Source: an uncultured delta proteobacterium | GTDB taxonomy: Bacteria; Desulfobacterota; Desulfuromonadia; Geobacterales; DSM-12255 | Reading direction: 5' to 3' | Assembly (NCBI GenBank): GCA_963787125.1 | Contig: CAWBBV010000024.1 | Location: 1-64,000 of the forward strand | Length of the DNA: 64,000 nt | Shown here: positions 17,861 through 28,176 of the stretch, piece by piece | Layout of the letters: the number at the start of each line of letters is the position of its first letter | Position numbering within the stretch: the first letter of the stretch is position 1 | Program-made: the position numbers and the translations under genes | Notes under the pieces: model-generated | What the model was told of the DNA's origin: nothing | The model's input: only the letters and a program-made list of their open reading frames with translations | Database searches by the model: none

Positions 17861-17917
17861 TGGACTCCCTCTCATAGTTTATGGATTATTTGCTTTTTTT
17901 AGACATAAAATCTGTAA

Positions 17918-19267
17918 TTAAAATTTCATGGTTACAGATGCTCCGAAGAGATGGACGTCACTTTTGTACGTGCCATTGGCTCCGGTCAGTGCTGTCATGT
18001 CTTGATTGTTGACGGTTCGATCGACAAAGTGTGTCCACATGTAGGCAAGGTCAAGGGAGAATCTTTCATTGTGGAATCCCTGGCCAATACTGAAACTATG
18101 GCGGTCCGAATCAGGGAGTACCGGTCCCAGGGTCGAGTCGGGAACCGGATTGCTGTCAAACATATATCCTGCCCGCAGGTCGATATTAGGGGTTATCGCA
18201 TATTGACTACCAAATTTGTAACACCAGACATCCTTCCACTTTAAAGGCTTCGGCTTATTGTTGAAATTGGCGAACTGTGGCCCGTCAAAGCTGAACTCCA
18301 GTTTTTCCATTGTACTCCATTCGGTCCACTCGGCATCAAACTCCAGAGTGGTCTTGTCGTTCGGCTTCCACGCAACGCCGGTGCCGAAACTGCTGGGAAG
18401 AGTAACCGTTGTTGAAACACCTGAAGTGACGCGTGAGCGGGAGTAAGGGGACGTTGCCGCTGTGGTCATGCCGATCATATTGAAGCCGGCGGGTGTCGTT
18501 GCCAGAAAGTCGGCATTCCCCTCGACTTTAAGATCTATCTTGCTGCGGTAGGCAGCGCCAAAAGAAAGGTTTTCAAGAGCATTCCACTTGAGGCCAAGGT
18601 TGTAACCGACATCAGTGGCTGTTCCGTCAAGCCCCAGGTTGCCGAGTTCATAGGCAGAATTAGGGATGGATGGATTCGGTGCGTAGGCCATTTTCTGCAT
18701 TGATACCTGTGCATAGGTTACGTCCAGGCCGGCTGCTACGGCAAGGTTCCAGTTATCAAAACGATAGGCTACCGTCGGCTGAAAGTTGATCGGCTTTACC
18801 GAAATATTAGTTACTTCTGCCCGAAAGGCACTACTTGCGTCCCATTTTTTAGCCAACGGATAGATGGCGTTGATCGCAAGTCCGACAGATAGCGGCACGC
18901 CTTCAAATGTGTGAGTAGCATAGACGGATGGCGGATTGAAAACATCCTGTTTGGCGTTTTCAGATACTGTTGTGGTGCCGACATTTGTCGGTGCGGTGCC
19001 GCTTAAAGGAGCTGTGCCGCTAAACTCGGTAGAAGGTACAAATATCGTGGTTGAACCGATGTTGGCCTGTGTCCCCTTGAGAAAGGCAATGCCGGCCGGG
19101 TTGTGGAAGAGGGCGGAAGGATCATCTGCCTGGGCGGCAAAGGCATTTCCCATGGCCATGGCTTTTGCTCCCTGTTCATTAACTCTCAGTCCTGCCGCCG
19201 AAGCCAGGGTGGCCGTTCCTGCAAGGGTAGCCGTAACAACAGCAAGTAACACTTTCTTTTTCATCAT
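17918..19267 (-). CDS. fadL: OmpP1/FadL long-chain fatty acid outer-membrane channel
   Basis: Signal peptide, then AGLRVNEQGAKAMAMGNAFAAQADDPSALFHNPAG; LPDSDR; C-terminal Phe. Confidence 0.92.
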   Translation of the reverse strand: MMKKKVLLAVVTATLAGTATLASAAGLRVNEQGAKAMAMGNAFAAQADDPSALFHNPAGIAFLKGTQANIGSTTIFVPSTEFSGTAPLSGTAPTNVGTTTVSENAKQDVFNPPSVYATHTFEGVPLSVGLAINAIYPLAKKWDASSAFRAEVTNISVKPINFQPTVAYRFDNWNLAVAAGLDVTYAQVSMQKMAYAPNPSIPNSAYELGNLGLDGTATDVGYNLGLKWNALENLSFGAAYRSKIDLKVEGNADFLATTPAGFNMIGMTTAATSPYSRSRVTSGVSTTVTLPSSFGTGVAWKPNDKTTLEFDAEWTEWSTMEKLEFSFDGPQFANFNNKPKPLKWKDVWCYKFGSQYAITPNIDLRAGYMFDSNPVPDSTLGPVLPDSDRHSFSIGQGFHNERFSLDLAYMWTHFVDRTVNNQDMTALTGANGTYKSDVHLFGASVTMKF

Positions 19268-19363
19268 AGGGCTCCTTTCAATACTCGTTGGTTGTTTAAA
19301 ATCCGGTCATCATTTTACTACAGAAATTGACTTTAAAACACGTTTATATGTTTTTACAGTATA

Positions 19364-19381
19364 CTTAACGTTTGTGTCAAG
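19364..19381 (-). promoter_or_regulatory. 18-bp palindromic operator overlapping a TTGACA -35 of fadL
   Basis: Minus strand reads CTTGACACAAACGTTAAG; same motif as at 19695 and 48327. Confidence 0.6.
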
Positions 19382-19694
19382 GTATAAATTGACCAGATAA
19401 CGCAAATAACTTTTAAAGAAATAATATTATGCCATAATGATTTATGCGCTGATTAAATAAGAAGATGGTTTGCAGAATTAAACGCATAAAATCAGAGTGT
19501 TATGAGTATTAGTGGTGTTGGTTTGTATTTAGGTAAGTGCTTATCTTTTAATCTTGGGGTGCGCCAAAATGGGGTTAGTTCTATGTGTGCGTATTCTGAT
19601 ATGTAGTTCTGAAAAATAGTTTATGAGTGGAGTGTAGCGATATTATATTGACTCTAAAAAAACTAAAAAATACCAAAAAGAAAAAAATATTATA

Positions 19695-19724
19695 CTTGAC
19701 ATGTGCGTCAAGGTTACGTATGTT
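19695..19724 (+). promoter_or_regulatory. fadD promoter with overlapping 18-bp operator
   Basis: CTTGACATGTGCGTCAAG (19695-19712). TTGACA, 17-nt spacer, TATGTT (19719-19724). Confidence 0.65.
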
Positions 19725-19757
19725 GAAGTCAAATAATATTTTACTGGCGGTGATTGT

Positions 19758-21569
19758 ATGAGCGAGCGTCCTTTCGAATCCATCCCTGATATGTTGCGTA
19801 AAAACGCCGCCTTATTTGAGAGTCGTTTTGCTCTGAAATATCGCAAGCATGGTAACTATGTAACTCTGACTTATGGACAGCTATATGATAGGGCGTTGAT
19901 GGTCGCCCGGGGATTGAAGAAGCTCAAAGTCAAGCCTGGTGACCGGATTGCCATTCTTTCGGAAAACCGTGCCGGCTGGGTTATTGCCGATCTCGGGATA
20001 CTCTGCGCTGGTGCAGTAACAGTTCCAATTTACCCTACCAATACTCCCGAGCAGATTGAGTACATGCTTAATCATTCAGGTGCAAAAATAATTTTTGTTT
20101 CAGGAAAATTCCAGTACGACAAACTGCTCATGGTAAAAGAGGCTATCCCAGGGCTTGAATTGGTGGTTTCCTTTGAACGATTCCTCGGTGATCCTTCTTT
20201 TCAGGCCTGCACCTTTTACCAAATGTCGGAGATCGATAGTCCTATTACTGTCGAGGAAAAAAGGCTCATAGAGGCCGGTATTGATGGCATAAAGCCGAGT
20301 GACTTGCTGACATTGATTTATACATCAGGAACTACTGGCGTGCCGAAAGGCGTTATGCTCTCACACAATAATATTCTTACGAACACTCAATATGTTACGG
20401 AACAGAGCGGGGTTGTAACTGACAATGATGTTCTGCTCAGTTTCCTGCCGCTAAGCCATGTTCTCGAAAGGACTGCCGGTTATTATTTGACTATTCGTAA
20501 TGGTGCTTTAATGGCTTTTGCGGACAGTATTGAAAAAATTGCCGAGAACATGATGGAGGTGCAGCCGACTGTTATGGTGAGTGTTCCCCGACTGTTTGAG
20601 AAAATATATCACCGTATTTTTGAAAACATTCATCAGATGCCGGCTGCGAAGAAAAAGCTGTTTCACTGGGCCCTTGAAGTTGGCAAGAAATACGTTGAGG
20701 CAAAGTATATCCATAAGCAGTCTTCCGCAACTCTCGGGGCCAAGTTTGCTGTTGCAGACCGTCTCGTCTTCAGTAAATTGCGGGAAAGATTCGGGGGCAG
20801 AATGAAAATGTTCTGTTGTGGTGGTGCACCACTGGATAAAACGATTAATGAATTCTTCTGGGTAATAGGTATACCTATTTTTGAAGGTTATGGCCTTACC
20901 GAGACAAGCCCTGCCGTCTCTTTTAACAGTTTCGAAAACATTCGCTTTGGTTCTGTCGGAGTCTTGTTGGCAGAAACGGAGGTCAAGATTGCCGGCGATG
21001 GTGAAATTCTGGTTAAAGGGCCGCAAGTGATGCTTGGTTATTACAATGATTCGGTTGCAACAGCCGAAACCATGGAGGATGGCTGGTTCAAAACCGGTGA
21101 TATCGGCAAATTGGAGAAAGGTTTTCTGTATATAACTGACCGGAAAAAAGAGCTGATTATTACTGCCGGTGGCAAGAATATTGCGCCGCAACCGATAGAA
21201 AATGAATTAAAGATGGATAAATATCTTTCGTCAGCTTTTGTCTATGGCGACCGGAAACCTTATCTTACTGCCCTGCTGGTGCCTAACCTGGAGCGATTGC
21301 TGGAATTTGCCAAGGAACACCATGTTGACTATTTCGACATGGACGACCTGGTTATGTGTGAACCGGTACAAAAACTTTTCGGTCAGAGAGTCGCCGAGAT
21401 CAACAGTCACCTCCCTCAGTATGAAACAATTAAAAAGTTTGCACTGCTTCCCCACGATTTTTCCATTGAAAATGGCGAGTTGACCCCGACCATGAAGTTG
21501 AGACGGAAGGTTATTTATGAAAAACACAAGCAGAAGATAGAAGACATGTATACGGACCACAGTAACTGA
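19758..21569 (+). CDS. fadD: Long-chain fatty acid--CoA ligase
   Basis: YTSGTTGVPKG, EGYGLTET, DGWFKTGDIG, ITDRKKELIITAGGKNIAPQ, ELTPTMKLRR. Confidence 0.93.
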   Translation: MSERPFESIPDMLRKNAALFESRFALKYRKHGNYVTLTYGQLYDRALMVARGLKKLKVKPGDRIAILSENRAGWVIADLGILCAGAVTVPIYPTNTPEQIEYMLNHSGAKIIFVSGKFQYDKLLMVKEAIPGLELVVSFERFLGDPSFQACTFYQMSEIDSPITVEEKRLIEAGIDGIKPSDLLTLIYTSGTTGVPKGVMLSHNNILTNTQYVTEQSGVVTDNDVLLSFLPLSHVLERTAGYYLTIRNGALMAFADSIEKIAENMMEVQPTVMVSVPRLFEKIYHRIFENIHQMPAAKKKLFHWALEVGKKYVEAKYIHKQSSATLGAKFAVADRLVFSKLRERFGGRMKMFCCGGAPLDKTINEFFWVIGIPIFEGYGLTETSPAVSFNSFENIRFGSVGVLLAETEVKIAGDGEILVKGPQVMLGYYNDSVATAETMEDGWFKTGDIGKLEKGFLYITDRKKELIITAGGKNIAPQPIENELKMDKYLSSAFVYGDRKPYLTALLVPNLERLLEFAKEHHVDYFDMDDLVMCEPVQKLFGQRVAEINSHLPQYETIKKFALLPHDFSIENGELTPTMKLRRKVIYEKHKQKIEDMYTDHSN

Positions 21570-21610
21570 AACTGAAATAAAATTTGTCATCACAGACACG
21601 GAGGAAAACA

Positions 21611-23998
21611 ATGAAACAGGTCAATAAGGTGGCTGTTCTCGGGGCAGGGGTGATGGGGGCTACAATTGCCGCACACCTGGCCAATGCGGGTATTCAGGTG
21701 CTCTTGCTGGATATCGTTCCAAGAGAGCCTAATGAAGCTGAGAAAGCGGCTGGTCTTACCATCAGTCATCCCAAGGTGCGTAATCGCATCGCTGCAGCCG
21801 GTCTCGAAGGACTGAAGAAGATGAAGCCGGCTGCCTTCTTTCTGCCTAGTTACGCCGCAAACTTCGAGGTTGGTAACTTTGAAGACGATTTGGGCAAACT
21901 GCGCGAGTGCGACTGGGTAATTGAGGTTGTCATCGAGAACATGGCGATCAAAAAGCAGCTCTTCACCGAGAAGATCGTCCCTAACCTCAAAGAGGGGGCG
22001 ATCCTCTCCACCAACACCAGCGGTCTCTCTGTCAACGAAATGGCAGAATGTCTGCCGGACAGTGTCCGTAAAAACTTCCTGGTAACTCATTTCTTCAATC
22101 CGCCCCGTTATATGCGTCTTCTGGAGATCGTCTCCTGCAAATATACCGATCCGGCAACTACCGCCTTTATGGCAGATTTCATCTCCAAACGTCTTGGTAA
22201 AGGAATTGTCTATGCCAAGGACACCCCAAACTTCATTGCCAACCGTATCGGCGTCTACGCCATCTGCAACTGTGTTCGCACCATGATGGCTATGGGGATG
22301 ACTGTTGAAGAGGTTGATGCCATTGCCGGACCGGCAACCGCCCGTCCGAAAAGCGCCGCTTTCCGCACTTCCGACCTTGTCGGCCTTGATACGCTTCAGC
22401 ATGTGGCAGGCAACTCCTACGATCTGCTGGTAAATGATGAGCAGCGGGACATCTTCAAGTTCCCGGACTTTGTCAAAGAGATGGTGGCCAAGGGACTGCT
22501 CGGAAACAAAAGTAAACAAGGTTTTTTCAAGAAAGTAAAAGGGGAGAAGGGACAGGAATTCTTCTATTACGACTACACAACCGGTGAATATGTTCCGGCA
22601 AAGCGGCCAAAGTTTGCTTCCATCGATGCAGCCAAGTCCATAGATGATCCTGCCAAGCGGGTGCAGGCGCTGATCAACTCCAATGACAAGGCAGCTCAAT
22701 TCGCCTGGATAAACCTGCGCGACACCCTCATCTACACTTTCAACCGGATTCCTGAGATCGCAGACGATATCGTCAATATTGATAACGCCATGAAGTGGGG
22801 GTTCAATTGGGAAATCGGCCCATTCGAGATGATGGATGCCATTGGGGTGGCGTATTTTGTTGAGCGGGCAGAGAAGGATGGCGTCAAGGTTCCGGCAGCT
22901 CTCAAGACAATCGACTGTTTCTACAAGTTTGAAAACGGTAAAAACCATTACTACAGCGTGCTTGATGGCAAGTATCTTGAAGTTCCGCAGAAACCGGGCC
23001 ATATCAGCCTGACTATTCTCAAGAAAAACAACAAGGTTGTGGAAAAGAATAGCGGTGCATCTGTGATTGACCTTGGCGATGGTGTTTTCGGTCTTGAGTT
23101 CCATACCAAGATGAACGCCATCGGCGGCGAAATTCTTGCCATGACCCACAAGGCGATCAAGCGCACCGAAGAGGAAGGGGTCGGCCTGGTTATCGCCAAT
23201 GAAGGGACCATGTTCTCTGCCGGCGCGAATCTGATGCTGCTTGTCATGGCCGTCGCAGAAGGGGCTTATGACGAAATCGCCATGACGGTCAAAGGTTTCC
23301 AGAAGGCGATGATGGCGATCAAATACTCCAAGATTCCGGTCGTAGCTGCGCCGCACAGCCTCGTTATGGGTGGCGGTTGTGAAACCTGTCTCCATGCTGA
23401 TGCCATGATTCCCCACGCAGAAACCTACATGGGTCTGGTTGAGATAGGCGTCGGTCTGCTTCCTGGTGGCGGCGGCACCAAGGAGATGGCGATACGTGCC
23501 ATAAAGCTGGCCGAGGAAAATGATATTGACGCTACACCGTTCATCTTCAAAAACTTCATGAATATTGCCATGGCCAAAGTGAGTATGTCTGCCGCGGAAC
23601 TCGGCCCGATGGGCTTCATGCGCCAGGGCGATGCCATTACCATGGATATCGATAAGCGGATCCACGATGCCAAACTGAAGGCGATTGCCATGGCTGCCAA
23701 CTATCGCCCCGGTCGTCCGTTGATCGATCTGAAGGCCCCAGGGCGCAGCATGGCTGCGACGATAAAATCCCAACTCTGGAATATGCAAAAAGGCGGCTTT
23801 ATTTCCGAGTATGACCAGTTTCTTGCCGGGACGATTGCCGATGTTATAACCGGTGGCGACGTTCCTGCCGGCACCCTGATTACTGAGGAATATCTGCTGG
23901 ATCTGGAGCGTGAAGCCTTTGTCCGTCTCTGTGGCCAGAAGAAGACTCTTGAGCGAATTCAGCATATGTTGAAAAAGGGAAAGCCGCTCAGAAACTAG
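21611..23998 (+). CDS. fadN: 3-hydroxyacyl-CoA dehydrogenase/enoyl-CoA hydratase fusion (FadN type)
   Basis: GAGVMG, STNTSG, HFFNPPRYM, C-terminal crotonase domain (FSAGANL, GGGCE, GLVEIGVGLLPGGGG), GKPLRN end. Confidence 0.92.
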   Translation: MKQVNKVAVLGAGVMGATIAAHLANAGIQVLLLDIVPREPNEAEKAAGLTISHPKVRNRIAAAGLEGLKKMKPAAFFLPSYAANFEVGNFEDDLGKLRECDWVIEVVIENMAIKKQLFTEKIVPNLKEGAILSTNTSGLSVNEMAECLPDSVRKNFLVTHFFNPPRYMRLLEIVSCKYTDPATTAFMADFISKRLGKGIVYAKDTPNFIANRIGVYAICNCVRTMMAMGMTVEEVDAIAGPATARPKSAAFRTSDLVGLDTLQHVAGNSYDLLVNDEQRDIFKFPDFVKEMVAKGLLGNKSKQGFFKKVKGEKGQEFFYYDYTTGEYVPAKRPKFASIDAAKSIDDPAKRVQALINSNDKAAQFAWINLRDTLIYTFNRIPEIADDIVNIDNAMKWGFNWEIGPFEMMDAIGVAYFVERAEKDGVKVPAALKTIDCFYKFENGKNHYYSVLDGKYLEVPQKPGHISLTILKKNNKVVEKNSGASVIDLGDGVFGLEFHTKMNAIGGEILAMTHKAIKRTEEEGVGLVIANEGTMFSAGANLMLLVMAVAEGAYDEIAMTVKGFQKAMMAIKYSKIPVVAAPHSLVMGGGCETCLHADAMIPHAETYMGLVEIGVGLLPGGGGTKEMAIRAIKLAEENDIDATPFIFKNFMNIAMAKVSMSAAELGPMGFMRQGDAITMDIDKRIHDAKLKAIAMAANYRPGRPLIDLKAPGRSMAATIKSQLWNMQKGGFISEYDQFLAGTIADVITGGDVPAGTLITEEYLLDLEREAFVRLCGQKKTLERIQHMLKKGKPLRN

Positions 23999-24000
23999 TT

Positions 24001-24079
24001 GGTTAGGTAAAAGTAGGGGTTAAGAAAACCTTTACTTTTACCTTTACCTTTACCTTAAAGCTTATCTTTATCTTAATCT
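24001..24079. repeat. Hexamer tandem repeats in inverted arrangement (AGGTAA-like / TTTACC)
   Basis: ggttaggtaaaagtagggg ... cctttacttttacctttacctttacctt. Confidence 0.55.
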
Positions 24080-24090
24080 GGAGGTTTTAA

Positions 24091-25263
24091 ATGAGAAACG
24101 CATATATTCTGGCAGCCTACCGCACCCCTGGCTGCAAGGCAAAAAGAGGTAAACTGAAGGATGTGCGCCCGGACGATCTGGCTGCTGCTGCTATCAAAGG
24201 GTTGCTGGAGAAAACCGGCATTAATCCTATGGACGTTGAGGATGTAATAATCGGTTGTGCTTTCCCGGAAGGTGAGCAGGGGATGAATTTTGCCAGAATT
24301 GCCGCCATGAAGGCAGGTGTGCCGATGGAAGTTCCCGCCCAGACCGTCAATCGTTTCTGTTCATCAGGGTTGCAGACAATTGCTACAGCCGCTGAGCGGA
24401 TCATGGCAGGTTTTGCCGACTGCATTATAGCCGGTGGTGCCGAGAGCATGAGCATGATTCCTATGGGGGGTGCCAAGTACAGCGCCAATCCGTCGCTCAT
24501 GGCCAGCTGGCCGGAATCGTTCGCTTCAATGGGAATTACGGCAGAACTTGTTGCTGAAAAGTACGGGATTACACGTGCGGAGCAGGATGCCTTTGCTGCG
24601 GCCAGTCATGTCAAAGCTGCTGCTGCCATAGCTGCAGGTAAATTCAAAGATGAGATTGTCCCGGTGGAAATAGAGAACTGTACTCTGGTGAACGGCAAAA
24701 TTAAAAGAAGTAAAGAGATCGTCGATACCGATGACGGCGTCCGCGGTGATACGACCGCAGCCGGTTTGGGGAAACTGAAGACCGCCTTTAAAGCAAACGG
24801 CACAGTGACTGCCGGTAATGCTTCCCAGATGACTGACGGCGGCGCAGCAGTACTGGTTGTCTCTGAGGACTATCTCAAGAAAATCGGTAAAAAAGCGCTG
24901 GCTCGTTTTGTCTCTTTTGCCGTGAAAGGTGTGCCCCCGGAATTGATGGGAATCGGACCGGTGGCCGCAATACCGGCAGCACTGAAACTTGGAGGTCTCA
25001 CTCTGGACGATATCGGTCTTATCGAACTGAATGAAGCCTTTGCTGCTCAGTCTCTCGCTTGTGTCAAGGATCTGGGGATCGATCCGGCCAGGGTTAACGT
25101 TAATGGTGGCGCCATTGCTCTCGGCCATCCGCTCGGTTGTACCGGTGCCAAGTTGACAGCCAGCATTCTCCATGAGATGCAGCGCACTGATACCCGCTAC
25201 GGCATGGTCTCCATGTGCATCGGTGGTGGCATGGGCGCAGCGGGTATTTTTGAGAAAATGTAA
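24091..25263 (+). CDS. fadA: Acetyl-CoA C-acyltransferase (3-ketoacyl-CoA thiolase)
   Basis: [34 protein letters not shown]. Confidence 0.95.
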   Translation: MRNAYILAAYRTPGCKAKRGKLKDVRPDDLAAAAIKGLLEKTGINPMDVEDVIIGCAFPEGEQGMNFARIAAMKAGVPMEVPAQTVNRFCSSGLQTIATAAERIMAGFADCIIAGGAESMSMIPMGGAKYSANPSLMASWPESFASMGITAELVAEKYGITRAEQDAFAAASHVKAAAAIAAGKFKDEIVPVEIENCTLVNGKIKRSKEIVDTDDGVRGDTTAAGLGKLKTAFKANGTVTAGNASQMTDGGAAVLVVSEDYLKKIGKKALARFVSFAVKGVPPELMGIGPVAAIPAALKLGGLTLDDIGLIELNEAFAAQSLACVKDLGIDPARVNVNGGAIALGHPLGCTGAKLTASILHEMQRTDTRYGMVSMCIGGGMGAAGIFEKM

Positions 25264-25267
25264 AATT

Positions 25268-25347
25268 TAGGGGCAGGTCTTGTGCCTGCCCTTGCTGGAT
25301 CCGGCAACCAACGTCAAAAACGGGCGACCACAAGGGTTCGCCCCTAC
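25268..25347. repeat. REPIN-like doublet of GTAG-family REP palindromes
   Basis: taggggcagg-tcttgtg-cctgccc at 25268, and on the minus strand gtaggggcgaacccttgtggtcgccc (25322-25347), in inverted orientation. Confidence 0.65.
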
Positions 25348-25371
25348 AAATACATTTAACGAGGTGATAAC

Positions 25372-27147
25372 ATGGCAAAACTATTTAAAGGCGCTGAATA
25401 TCTGATTACAGAAGTTAGCAAGAATGACGTTTTTACCCCTGAAGATTTCAGCGATGAGCAGCGGCAGATCGGCGATACCACTGAGCAGTTTGTCGTTAAC
25501 GAAGTTTTCCCGCATCGTGCGGAGATCGAGCATCAGGACCTTCCCCTCACTGTTGAACTGATGAAAAAATGCGGTGAGCTCGGCCTTCTCATGATCGATG
25601 CGCCGGAAGAGTACGGCGGACTTGAACTCGATAAAGCTACCAGCATGCTGGCCGCCGAGAAACTGGCTCAAGCCGGTTCGTTTTCGGTAACCTACTCGGC
25701 CCATACCGGTATCGGCACACTGCCGCTGGTCTATTACGGCACCCCGGAGCAGAAAGAGAAGTACCTCGGCAAGATCATCTCCGGTGAGTGGATTGCCGCC
25801 TACTGTCTTACTGAGCCGGGTTCCGGTAGCGACGCCCTTGGCGCTGCAGCAACCGCCACGCTCTCTGCTGACGGCAAGCATTATATACTCAACGGCACCA
25901 AGCAGTTCATCACCAACGGTGCAATTGCCAATCTCTATACTGTCTTTGCCAAAATTGACAAGCAGCACTTCACCGGCTTTCTGGTAGAAAGGACGACCCC
26001 TGGTTTGAGTGTCGGTCCGGAAGAGAACAAGCTCGGCGTCAAAGGGTCATCCACGACCCAGATTATTTTGGAAGATGCCATGGTTCCGGTCGAAAACCTC
26101 CTCGGTGAAGTTGGCAAAGGCCACAAGATCGCCTTTAACGTTCTCAACGTCGGCCGTTTCAAACTCGGTGCCGGCGCGACCGGTGCCGGTAAATATGCCA
26201 TCACCGTCGGTGTCCGTTATGCCAATGAGCGCAAGGCTTTCGGCGTTACCATCGGAACTTTCGGTGCCATTCAGGAAAAGATCGCCGACATGACCGCTGC
26301 CTGTTTCGCCTCTGAATCGGTTGTTTACAGGCTGGCAGGGATGATCGACGATCGTCTTGCTACCATCCCCAAAGATACCCCCAACTACTACGAAGCCTAT
26401 CAGGAGGCTATTGAGGAGTATTCTGTCGAGTGCGCCATAATAAAGGTTTTCTGTAGCGAGATGCTGGCGTTTGTTGCTGACGAAGTGCTGCAGATCCATG
26501 GTGGTTACGGTTTTACCCAGGAATATCCTGCTGAAGGTTTTTATCGTGACGAAAGAATCAACCGGATATGGGAAGGTACCAACGAAATCAACCGTCTCCT
26601 GATTCCCGGCATTATTTTAAAGCGTGCCATGAAAGGTGAGATTCCACTGCAGAAAGAGGCGATGAAGGCATTTGAATCGCTGATGTCTCCAAGTTTTGAC
26701 GAACTTGATGATTCCGTACCGTTCGCCGCTGAGAAAGCACTCCTTGCCAATCTGAAACAGGCTTTCCTGGTTCTTGCCGGCACCGGTGTGCAGAAGTTCA
26801 TGGCGACAATCAAGGACGAGCAGGAAATCCTGATGGCTGTGGCTGATGTGGCTATCAACATCTTTGCGATCGAAAGCGTGATTCTCAGAGCAGAGAAGAT
26901 TCTGCCTGGCTTGAGCGACAGCAAAAAAGCTTCTATCGAAGCTGCTGTTAAAGTGTTTACCTTTAACGGCAGTGAAAATGCGGCAACTGCTGCCCGTCGC
27001 GCTGCCTATTTCATTGAAGAGGGTGACAATCTGACCATGCTGCTGGCCGGCATCAGAAGGTTCACCAAGTACGATGCAACAGGACTCTTGAAGGCCAAGC
27101 GTCAGCTCGCCGCTGCATCCATCGAAGCCGATAAGTATATTTTCTAG
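25372..27147 (+). CDS. fadE: Long-chain acyl-CoA dehydrogenase (FadE/ACAD9-like, 591 aa)
   Basis: YCLTEPGSGSDA, NGTKQFITN, QIHGGYGF, RINRIWEGTNEINR, C-terminal extension. Confidence 0.92.
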   Translation: MAKLFKGAEYLITEVSKNDVFTPEDFSDEQRQIGDTTEQFVVNEVFPHRAEIEHQDLPLTVELMKKCGELGLLMIDAPEEYGGLELDKATSMLAAEKLAQAGSFSVTYSAHTGIGTLPLVYYGTPEQKEKYLGKIISGEWIAAYCLTEPGSGSDALGAAATATLSADGKHYILNGTKQFITNGAIANLYTVFAKIDKQHFTGFLVERTTPGLSVGPEENKLGVKGSSTTQIILEDAMVPVENLLGEVGKGHKIAFNVLNVGRFKLGAGATGAGKYAITVGVRYANERKAFGVTIGTFGAIQEKIADMTAACFASESVVYRLAGMIDDRLATIPKDTPNYYEAYQEAIEEYSVECAIIKVFCSEMLAFVADEVLQIHGGYGFTQEYPAEGFYRDERINRIWEGTNEINRLLIPGIILKRAMKGEIPLQKEAMKAFESLMSPSFDELDDSVPFAAEKALLANLKQAFLVLAGTGVQKFMATIKDEQEILMAVADVAINIFAIESVILRAEKILPGLSDSKKASIEAAVKVFTFNGSENAATAARRAAYFIEEGDNLTMLLAGIRRFTKYDATGLLKAKRQLAAASIEADKYIF

Positions 27148-27162
27148 GCTGTTACGGCCACT

Positions 27163-27197
27163 AAGCCCCCTCTTTCATTAAAGATTGAGGGGGCTTT
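27163..27197 (+). terminator. Intrinsic terminator-like hairpin
   Basis: aagccccctc ... gagggggcttt after fadE. Confidence 0.55.
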
Positions 27198-27217
27198 CCC
27201 GAATTTTCAGGAGCAGT

Positions 27218-28159
27218 ATGAAACAGTTCACAGTTCAGACACCATATATGGTAGGAGAGGTTCACTTCTATACCGCTGAACTGGATTCCGGTCTGGCACT
27301 TTTTGATACCGGCCCTCCGCTCCCTGCTGCAGAAGCCAGTCTGCTGGCAAATGTTGACATGAGCCGCCTGAAATACCTTTTTATAACCCATTGTCACGTT
27401 GATCATTACGGTTTAACTAATTTCGTTCTGGAAAACAGCAGCGCCGAGGTGTTCATCGGTCGCACCGATGCCATCAAGTTCGTGCGTCATGAAGAACGAC
27501 TTGCCTCCATGGCTTCTCTGCTGGGCCAGTACGGTTTTGGTGAAGATTTTCTTCAGAAACTGAGGGACTCTTTTACCCGCTACAATATTTTTCCGAAAAT
27601 TCCAGAGAGATACCGGATAGTCGAAGATTCACCCGAAATTGCTAAGCAGGGGGTTAACTGGCTCTCCTGTCCCGGTCACTCCCAGAGTGATATTGTCTAC
27701 CTGTGCGGTGACTATGCTGTTAGCGGCGACATTCTTTTGAGGAGTATTTTTCAGGCTCCCTTGCTGGACATCAATCTGGAGACTTTCGAGGGGCGTTTTC
27801 GCAATTACGACGCCTATTGCGCAACCATTTTGAAGCTGGCTCAGTTGCGCGATTACCGGATAATGCCGGGACACCGTCACTACGTTGAGAGTCTCGATGA
27901 TTCAATTCTTTTTTACGTGACAACCCTGCTTGAGCGGGCTGTGCAGCTGCTGCCGCTCCGGCAGCTTTCTTTGACTGAAATTATTGATCGAATTTTTCAA
28001 GGAAGACTCTCTGATCCTTTCATCGTTTATCTGAAAGTCTCGGAGGTTGTCTTCATGCTTGATTTTATCGAGAATCCGCTACTTCTGAAGACATCACTTG
28101 AGCAGATCGGGCTTTTTGACAAAGTTAGTGAACTTTATATGGCGGTATCCAAATGTTAA
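27218..28159 (+). CDS. Metallo-beta-lactamase-fold hydrolase
   Basis: FDTGP, THCHVDHYG (HxHxDH), CPGHS, SGD, PGH. AGGAG RBS before ATG 27218. Confidence 0.88.
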   Translation: MKQFTVQTPYMVGEVHFYTAELDSGLALFDTGPPLPAAEASLLANVDMSRLKYLFITHCHVDHYGLTNFVLENSSAEVFIGRTDAIKFVRHEERLASMASLLGQYGFGEDFLQKLRDSFTRYNIFPKIPERYRIVEDSPEIAKQGVNWLSCPGHSQSDIVYLCGDYAVSGDILLRSIFQAPLLDINLETFEGRFRNYDAYCATILKLAQLRDYRIMPGHRHYVESLDDSILFYVTTLLERAVQLLPLRQLSLTEIIDRIFQGRLSDPFIVYLKVSEVVFMLDFIENPLLLKTSLEQIGLFDKVSELYMAVSKC

Positions 28160-28176
28160 CCAGAGCGGAGAGCGCA

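Noticed and set aside
21590..23965. 791-aa antisense ORF
   Set aside because: It mirrors fadN almost end to end and has no recognisable motifs; a typical codon-bias shadow ORF.
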